Positions 58,190-64,000 of a DNA stretch of 64,000 nt are shown here, piece by piece (position 1 is the stretch's first letter; every line of letters starts with the position of its first letter). A model generated the notes under the pieces. It searched no databases, was not told where the DNA came from, and worked only from the letters and a program-made list of their open reading frames with translations. The translations under genes were made by a program, and so were the position numbers. This DNA is from Candidatus Shapirobacteria bacterium GW2011_GWF2_37_20 (lineage in GTDB: Bacteria > Patescibacteriota > Microgenomatia > UBA12405), in the NCBI GenBank assembly GCA_000989305.1, contig LBTB01000004.1, positions 12,897-76,896 of the forward strand. Direction: 5' to 3'.

Positions 58190-59068
58190 TTATAGACTAG
58201 GAAATTTGGTAGTAAAAAGAAAGCGTTGGGTGGCATTATTGTCTGCATTTGGGTCGATGTAGATGGGCATTTTGGCGTTTACATCGGTGCGAGGAACAAA
58301 ATAAGTGATATTGGGCGTGGTAATAGTTTCTTTAGCTAGACCAAATTTTCTGATAACGATGTCTGCCAGGTTGGCGAGTTTTATCCCCAATCTGTAATCA
58401 GGATTTATCAGATGTTGGAGACGATTAGGATTCTCGGGCTGGTCAATAAAACTTTCAATAGAGTTGAGGAGGTCGGGTAAATAAATTGGAAAACGACCTC
58501 CATTAATTTTGATTCCGGCGTATTGGTAGTCGTTGATTAATTTTACAAAACCCAGATCGGGGTGGAGGACGAGATCGGTTCTGATAGTGAGATGTTTACC
58601 AGAAGATTGTGAAAGAATATTTTCAGCTCCAACTTTTGTTTGCCCATAAACAGAATCAGCTTTTGGATTGGTGGGGGTATCTTCATCACATTTCCCGCCA
58701 TCGGTATAAGCTGAAAAGACGGCAATTGAGCTGGGATAGAAATAGGGAATATTGTTGTCAAGAGCAAGGCGAAAAGTATTTTCAGTTCCACCGACATTGG
58801 TGCGGTGGGCTTTTTCGGGATTGTTATTACATAGTCCCTGTTGAGCCATCCCGGCAAAATTTAAAATATAATCGGGCTTTGATTTACCAACGACTCTTCT
58901 GATACTTTCTGGGTTGCAAATGTCACAGTGGAGGAGGTCGGGCTGGTCATGGTTGAAAAAGGTGCCGGTGAGATTATATTTATTATCACGGTTTAGATTT
59001 TTGAAGACTGCATTACCGACGCCACCCGAAGCTCCTAAAATAAGAATGTTTGGTTTCTCTTGACTCAT
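58190..59068 (-). CDS. RmlD-like NAD(P)-dependent sugar-nucleotide reductase/epimerase
   Basis: ILGASGGVG, DI, NV.GT, YGQTK. Confidence 0.8.
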   Translation of the reverse strand: MSQEKPNILILGASGGVGNAVFKNLNRDNKYNLTGTFFNHDQPDLLHCDICNPESIRRVVGKSKPDYILNFAGMAQQGLCNNNPEKAHRTNVGGTENTFRLALDNNIPYFYPSSIAVFSAYTDGGKCDEDTPTNPKADSVYGQTKVGAENILSQSSGKHLTIRTDLVLHPDLGFVKLINDYQYAGIKINGGRFPIYLPDLLNSIESFIDQPENPNRLQHLINPDYRLGIKLANLADIVIRKFGLAKETITTPNITYFVPRTDVNAKMPIYIDPNADNNATQRFLFTTKFPSL

Positions 59069-59113
59069 TGAGCGGATTCTATCATGTTTTTTAGCAAAAT
59101 GATAAAATTAGCC

Positions 59114-59680
59114 ATGAGATCAGAAATAGTGATGTTTCCTAATAAGATTCTTCGAGCTAAGACAAAGAGGATAGAAAGGGTTGATGAAAAATTACTTGAA
59201 GAAATTAGAAAACTGAAAAAAATTTTGGAGGAATCAGAGAATGGGGCTGGTTTGGCGGCGACGCAAATTGGAATCTCCAAAAGTTTTTTGGGGATTAAAG
59301 ATAAAGGCGAAGTGAAAATTTTGATTAATCCAATAATGGAAGCAAGTTTTGGGGAAAAAGTATATCCAAAAATTATAAGTGAAGGAGGGGGTGAGAGTGA
59401 TTTTTTAGAGGGATGTCTGTCTTTTCCTGACCTATATGGAACGGTGAAAAGGTTTTTGAAAATAAAAGTTAGCTGGGAAGAGATAAGAAATAAGAAACTA
59501 GAAACTAGACACGAGACATTGGAGGGGTTTGAGGCGATTGTGTGGCAACATGAAGAAGATCATTTGAGAGGAGTTTTGTTTGTGGATCATATAAAAGAAG
59601 AAGGTGGTAAGTTTTATTATTGGAAAGATAAGGAAAAAATAAAGGTAGATGTTAACGAGATTTTGGTAAAAGAGAAGTAA
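59114..59680 (+). CDS. def: Peptide deformylase
   Basis: GAGLAATQIG, EGCLS, QHEEDHLRG. Confidence 0.95.
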   Translation: MRSEIVMFPNKILRAKTKRIERVDEKLLEEIRKLKKILEESENGAGLAATQIGISKSFLGIKDKGEVKILINPIMEASFGEKVYPKIISEGGGESDFLEGCLSFPDLYGTVKRFLKIKVSWEEIRNKKLETRHETLEGFEAIVWQHEEDHLRGVLFVDHIKEEGGKFYYWKDKEKIKVDVNEILVKEK

Positions 59681-61586
59681 TTTTGTCAAGATAATTTTGA
59701 GCGTCGAGATTGGTGGGAGCGTAAATTAAGGTAGTTTCAAAATATTTTTTGGCTTCAGAGTAGTTTTTTTGACTAAAATAGATTTCACCTAAAGCAAAGA
59801 GAGTGTGATCGTAATTTGATTTTAAGAACAGAGCTTGTTGATAGTTTTTAATAGCCAGATCCTGTTTGTCGGCGGCCTCGTAGAATTTTCCTAACAGAAA
59901 ATAAGTTTTGGCATCAGTTGGAGCCAGACGGGTACATTTTTCCAGTGCGTCGATGGCGTAGTTAAAATATTTAGGATCGACAAGAGAGAGAAAAGAAAAA
60001 ACTTGAGCTCTTTCTTTCCAGAGATTGGTTGAAGCCGGAGAGAGTGAAATAGCCAAATTTGATTGACTAAGAGCTAATTCAGGTTGATTTAATTTGGCGG
60101 CAATCAAAGAAGCTTGACTTCGGTAGACTGCTTCCTGGGGACGAAGATAGAGGGCAACATTAATAAAGTCTTGAGCGGTGATGTTTTGTTGGCGGTTAAG
60201 CGAGTTAAGGGACTGATTGTAGGCAAGATCAGCAGTAAAAAAAGAGGAAAGTTTTATAAAGGCAAAAAGAAAGAGGGTGACTATCGGCAAATATAGTAAT
60301 TTATTTTTTGGTTTTTGGTCTGTTTTTACAGGAAGCACAGTTAAGGCAAAGGCTGGGAGAAGAAAAAAGAAAAGTGAAGTGATAACGACAGAAAAACCAG
60401 CGAAATTGGTGATTAATATAGAGACAAAGGAGACAAAGACAACAGGATTAATGAAAGTAATAGTGAGGATAGTAATAATTAAGAAGAGATAACTTAGAAA
60501 GCCGAAGCTACCGGTGGTGGCCAGATAATTTAAATATTCGTTGTGAGCTTTGTTGTAGAGAAAATCCCATTCGGAAGTGAGGTTGTGAGAGGCGGGACGG
60601 GTCCAATAATAAGAGTAGGCAAAGGTTTCGGGACCGGTGCCAAAGAGGGGAAAGCGCTTCCACAAATCGAGAGAGCCGGTCCAAACAATTTTGCGGAGGT
60701 CTTCACTGGGAGTAATGTTAAGTGTGGTATTTTGATCTATTGATGAAGAAATTTTTTGAGGAAAAAGATAGTCTTTGATAGGGTTATTTATAGATAGGGA
60801 AAGAATAACAAAAATAAAAATTATCAGTGAAACTCCCCGACCCTCCCTTGTGAAAAGGAGACTATTTTTATTCTTGAAGTTATTTATGAAATACAAAATA
60901 AAATATATAACAATGGTGATTATGGCGGCGATGATACCTGATTTAGATTTGGTAAAAAGAAGGCAGAGATAGAGGTTGGAGACGAGAAATAGAAAGAGGA
61001 AAGATTTTAGAGAAAAGATTTTAGATTTTAGAAATTTATCAAGTGCAAAAGGAAGAAGAATACAGAGGTAGGCGGCAAGCCAATTTGGTTGGCCCAGAGT
61101 GGAAAATACTCTGGATTGGACATCCTGAACCCACATGTTTTTGTCAACTCCGAAGTGTTCTAAAATCCCGAAAGTAGAAACTAGAAAACCAGAAATGAGA
61201 AAAATGTTTATTGTTTTGTCGCGAAACTTTTGAGTTAGATACAGAGGAAGTATTAGGAAAAGCAGAGAATAAGAACCAAAGGAGAGAAGGCCGCCATTAA
61301 GCCGGGAATAGTAACCAAAAATGGAGGTGTGGGGATCGACTGAAAAGAAAGTAGAGATTAGTTGACTAGAGAAGAAGATAAGAAGAGGAATAGATAGTTT
61401 GTTTTTAGAAAATAAAGGAGTTTCACCCCTGATCCAATTAAGAAAATGAAAAAGGACGATGAAGATAGTTGTGAAATAGACAAAATACATTTTTGGAACT
61501 TCAAAAAGCTCCGAGGTGAGCGAAGTGAAGATTAGTGGGGTGAAAAAAAATAGGGAGAGATATAAAAATTGAATGATTGAGGTCAC
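59652..61586 (-). CDS. O-antigen ligase-like membrane protein with C-terminal TPRs
   Basis: RVFSTLGQPNWLAAYL, TKSKSG, FGTGPETF, KAHNEYL, TPR repeats. Confidence 0.88.
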   Translation of the reverse strand: MTSIIQFLYLSLFFFTPLIFTSLTSELFEVPKMYFVYFTTIFIVLFHFLNWIRGETPLFSKNKLSIPLLIFFSSQLISTFFSVDPHTSIFGYYSRLNGGLLSFGSYSLLFLILPLYLTQKFRDKTINIFLISGFLVSTFGILEHFGVDKNMWVQDVQSRVFSTLGQPNWLAAYLCILLPFALDKFLKSKIFSLKSFLFLFLVSNLYLCLLFTKSKSGIIAAIITIVIYFILYFINNFKNKNSLLFTREGRGVSLIIFIFVILSLSINNPIKDYLFPQKISSSIDQNTTLNITPSEDLRKIVWTGSLDLWKRFPLFGTGPETFAYSYYWTRPASHNLTSEWDFLYNKAHNEYLNYLATTGSFGFLSYLFLIITILTITFINPVVFVSFVSILITNFAGFSVVITSLFFFLLPAFALTVLPVKTDQKPKNKLLYLPIVTLFLFAFIKLSSFFTADLAYNQSLNSLNRQQNITAQDFINVALYLRPQEAVYRSQASLIAAKLNQPELALSQSNLAISLSPASTNLWKERAQVFSFLSLVDPKYFNYAIDALEKCTRLAPTDAKTYFLLGKFYEAADKQDLAIKNYQQALFLKSNYDHTLFALGEIYFSQKNYSEAKKYFETTLIYAPTNLDAQNYLDKITSLLPKSR

Positions 61587-61621
61587 GTGTTTATTTTAAC
61601 AGCAATTGCTATACTGATGGA

Positions 61622-62656
61622 GTGAAATGGTGGACAAAATTTATAGCTAATTTTTATTGGGAGGTGGGGGTTGATTTGGGAAGCAGTAGTGTGAAAATTT
61701 ATGTAAAAGGTAAGGGAATAATCGTTGATGAGCCTTCAATGGTGGCCAGATTAAAAAAGAAAAAGAACGGAATCCATAAATTGTTAATTTATGGGCAAAG
61801 AGCTAAGGAAATGGTTAACAGAGAACCAAAACAGATTGAAGTGGTGGCACCGATTAACCATGGAGTGATAGCTGATTTGATAACGGCTGAGGCTCTGGTG
61901 GCATATTTTATGAAACTGACAAATGAAATACCCAGTACTTATCCAAAATTTCTCAAGCCACGGGTGATTGTTGGAGTGCCAGGGACAATTAGTAATGTTC
62001 AAAAAAGGGCATTTAGAGCCATATTTTCTCAAGTGGGAGTGTCAAAGATTGTATTAGTGGAAAGTGGAGTGTTGGGAGTTTTGGGTAGTGGTTTTAAGCT
62101 AGACGAAAGCGGAGGGGTGTTGTTTTTAGATATTGGAGGAGGAAAAACTGAGGCGAGCTTAGTGTCAATGGGAGGAATAGTAATTAGTCGGGGTTTGGAA
62201 ATGGGAGGAAATGATTTTGATGAATCGATAATCAATTACGTAAAAATGAAATATGGCCTATTGATTGGAAATAATACAGCAGAAAAAGTTAAAATTGATA
62301 TGGGGGGGGTAATAAGGGGGCGTGATTTAGAAAGCAACTTACCTAAAAGCATAAGATTAAGAAATGAAGAAATTAGGGAAGCAACGGCTCTGAATGTTAA
62401 AAGAATTGTTAATTTAGTTAAGGTGGTTTTGGACGAAATGCCAACTGAGATGACAGACGATGTATTGAAGAGAGGGGTGATAATGTCTGGAGGAGGAGCA
62501 CAATTTTTGGGAATTGATAAACTGATTGAAGAGGAAATAAAAATAAATGCAGTAATAGTGTCAAATCCGACTTACGGGGTAGTAAAAGGGGAGGGGGAAT
62601 TATTGGAAAATGATGATTGGTTTCAAAAAATTAAATTAATTTCAAGCATGAACTAA
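61622..62656 (+). CDS. mreB: Second MreB-like protein
   Basis: GVDLGSS, DEPSMVA, DIGGGKTE, GRDLESNLPK; precedes mrdA. Confidence 0.85.
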   Translation: MKWWTKFIANFYWEVGVDLGSSSVKIYVKGKGIIVDEPSMVARLKKKKNGIHKLLIYGQRAKEMVNREPKQIEVVAPINHGVIADLITAEALVAYFMKLTNEIPSTYPKFLKPRVIVGVPGTISNVQKRAFRAIFSQVGVSKIVLVESGVLGVLGSGFKLDESGGVLFLDIGGGKTEASLVSMGGIVISRGLEMGGNDFDESIINYVKMKYGLLIGNNTAEKVKIDMGGVIRGRDLESNLPKSIRLRNEEIREATALNVKRIVNLVKVVLDEMPTEMTDDVLKRGVIMSGGGAQFLGIDKLIEEEIKINAVIVSNPTYGVVKGEGELLENDDWFQKIKLISSMN

Positions 62657-62657
62657 G

Positions 62658-64000
62658 ATGAAATATTGGTGGTTGCAGGCGGCACTGGTTTTAAGTTTTG
62701 GAATTTTATTGGTGACAGTAATTAAATTAAATTTAATTAAAGGACAATATTATCGTGAAATGTCGCTGAATAATCGGGTAACAAAGATGGTAATCCCGGC
62801 GCCAAGGGGAGTGATATTGGATAGAAAAGGGAGAACGGTGGCAGATAATATTGATTTTGACGGAACAATAAAACGCTTTTATCCTTATGGAGCGGCTACG
62901 GCAAACATTACTGGATACCTGGGGAGTGTAAATCAAGAAGAATTAAAAAATGGTAAATGTGGTCGTAATTTACAAAACCAAAGCGTGGTGGGAAGGTCGG
63001 GAATTGAGAGTGTACTAGACTGTGATCTGATTGGGGTTGATGGTTATAAATTGGTAGAAGTGGACGCGAAGGGGAAAAATAATAGAGACTTGGGACAGCT
63101 CGAGCCGGAAAAGGGAAGAGATGTCACTTTGAGTATTGATGCCTATTGGCAGGACAAGATTTATAAAATGCTTGATGGGAAAAAGGCAGTGGTAATAATA
63201 AGCGAACCCAACACTGGGAAAATATTAGTTTTGGTGTCTTCGCCGAGCTATGATGCCAATAATTTTAATTATAGTTATGACAAAGAGACGATTAGGTCAT
63301 ATTTAGAGGATACTCAAAATTTACCAATGATGAATCGGACAATTGGAGCTAAATATCATCCTGGAAGTGTGTTTAAACCGATTGAGGCGCTAGGAGCATT
63401 GGAGGATGGGATAATTGACGAAAATACTTTATTTGAGGACACTGGAGTGATTAAAATTGGAGATTATTCTTTTAATAATTGGTTGTGGACCAAGAGTCAT
63501 ACCACTGATGGTATGGTAAATGTGGTAAAAGCTCTAAAGAGGTCAAATGACATTTTTTTCTATAAGTTGGGAGAGGCAATGGGGGTAGATAAAATTGGAT
63601 ATTGGGCAAAAAAATTTGGCTTGGGAACAGCAACGGGAATAGAATTACCAGGGGAGTTATCCGGCTTGGTCCCAGACGATAAGTGGAAGAGAGAAAACAT
63701 GGGAGAGAGATGGTATTTGGGAGATACCTATCATTTGGCCATCGGACAGGGTAATTTAACAGTGACTCCGTTACAGATTAACCAAATGACAAATATCTTG
63801 GCGAGTAGAGGGCAAAAATGTGAGATGAGTATTTTAAAGGACGGGACAAGTAAGTGTAGTGAAATAAATGCGAAAGAGAAGAATTGGAACTTGGTGATCG
63901 AGGGAATGAAAGAAGCGTGCAAGAGTGGAGGGACGGCTTGGCCGCTTTTCAATTTTAAAACTGAGATTGCCTGTAAAACGGGAACAGCGGAATTAGGTGA
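62658..64000 (+). CDS. mrdA: Penicillin-binding protein 2 (runs off window end; missed by ORF track)
   Basis: IPAPRGVILDRKG, GRSGIE, LSID, PSYD.N, PGSVFK (SxxK), SND, AIGQG..VTPLQ, KTGTAE. Confidence 0.92.
   Translation, partial: MKYWWLQAALVLSFGILLVTVIKLNLIKGQYYREMSLNNRVTKMVIPAPRGVILDRKGRTVADNIDFDGTIKRFYPYGAATANITGYLGSVNQEELKNGKCGRNLQNQSVVGRSGIESVLDCDLIGVDGYKLVEVDAKGKNNRDLGQLEPEKGRDVTLSIDAYWQDKIYKMLDGKKAVVIISEPNTGKILVLVSSPSYDANNFNYSYDKETIRSYLEDTQNLPMMNRTIGAKYHPGSVFKPIEALGALEDGIIDENTLFEDTGVIKIGDYSFNNWLWTKSHTTDGMVNVVKALKRSNDIFFYKLGEAMGVDKIGYWAKKFGLGTATGIELPGELSGLVPDDKWKRENMGERWYLGDTYHLAIGQGNLTVTPLQINQMTNILASRGQKCEMSILKDGTSKCSEINAKEKNWNLVIEGMKEACKSGGTAWPLFNFKTEIACKTGTAELG

Noticed and set aside
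1-64000. CRISPR array, IS element, group I/II intron or retroelement
   Set aside because: No repeat-spacer array, transposase, integrase or reverse transcriptase seen

Overview
A 64-kb, low-GC, gene-dense chromosomal segment of a reduced-genome bacterium. Compact housekeeping genes, short L1/MurF/Ddl, two divergent MreB-like genes and few SD sites suggest Patescibacteria/CPR, probably Microgenomates-like (inference); genetic code 11. Core content: leuS, ruvCAB, murB/murF/ddl, secE-nusG-rplK-rplA, rplJL with an L10 leader, nrdR-nrdJ-pduO, prs-thyX-tmk-glyA, glycosylation genes, sufCB(D)SU, fmt/def, mreB-mrdA and 7 tRNAs. No CRISPR array, integrase or transposase was seen. The most interesting signals are non-coding. 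(1) A minus-strand cassette at 35923-37414 comprises a sigma70 promoter, a ~440-nt hairpin-rich leader with two rRNA-type boxA motifs, a membrane-anchored Thr/Pro-rich protein gene enclosed by a 13-bp long-range inverted repeat, and a complete type III hammerhead ribozyme overlapping the start codon of downstream glycosyltransferase genes. (2) A variant cobalamin-riboswitch-like RNA precedes an unknown gene behind nrdJ-pduO. (3) A 6S RNA candidate. (4) Pervasive leaderless genes, including a CarD-like gene with no canonical start codon. Four genes (ruvC, rplL, two glycosyltransferases) have short frameshifting deletions, most likely assembly artefacts. All calls were made by eye, without database searches.
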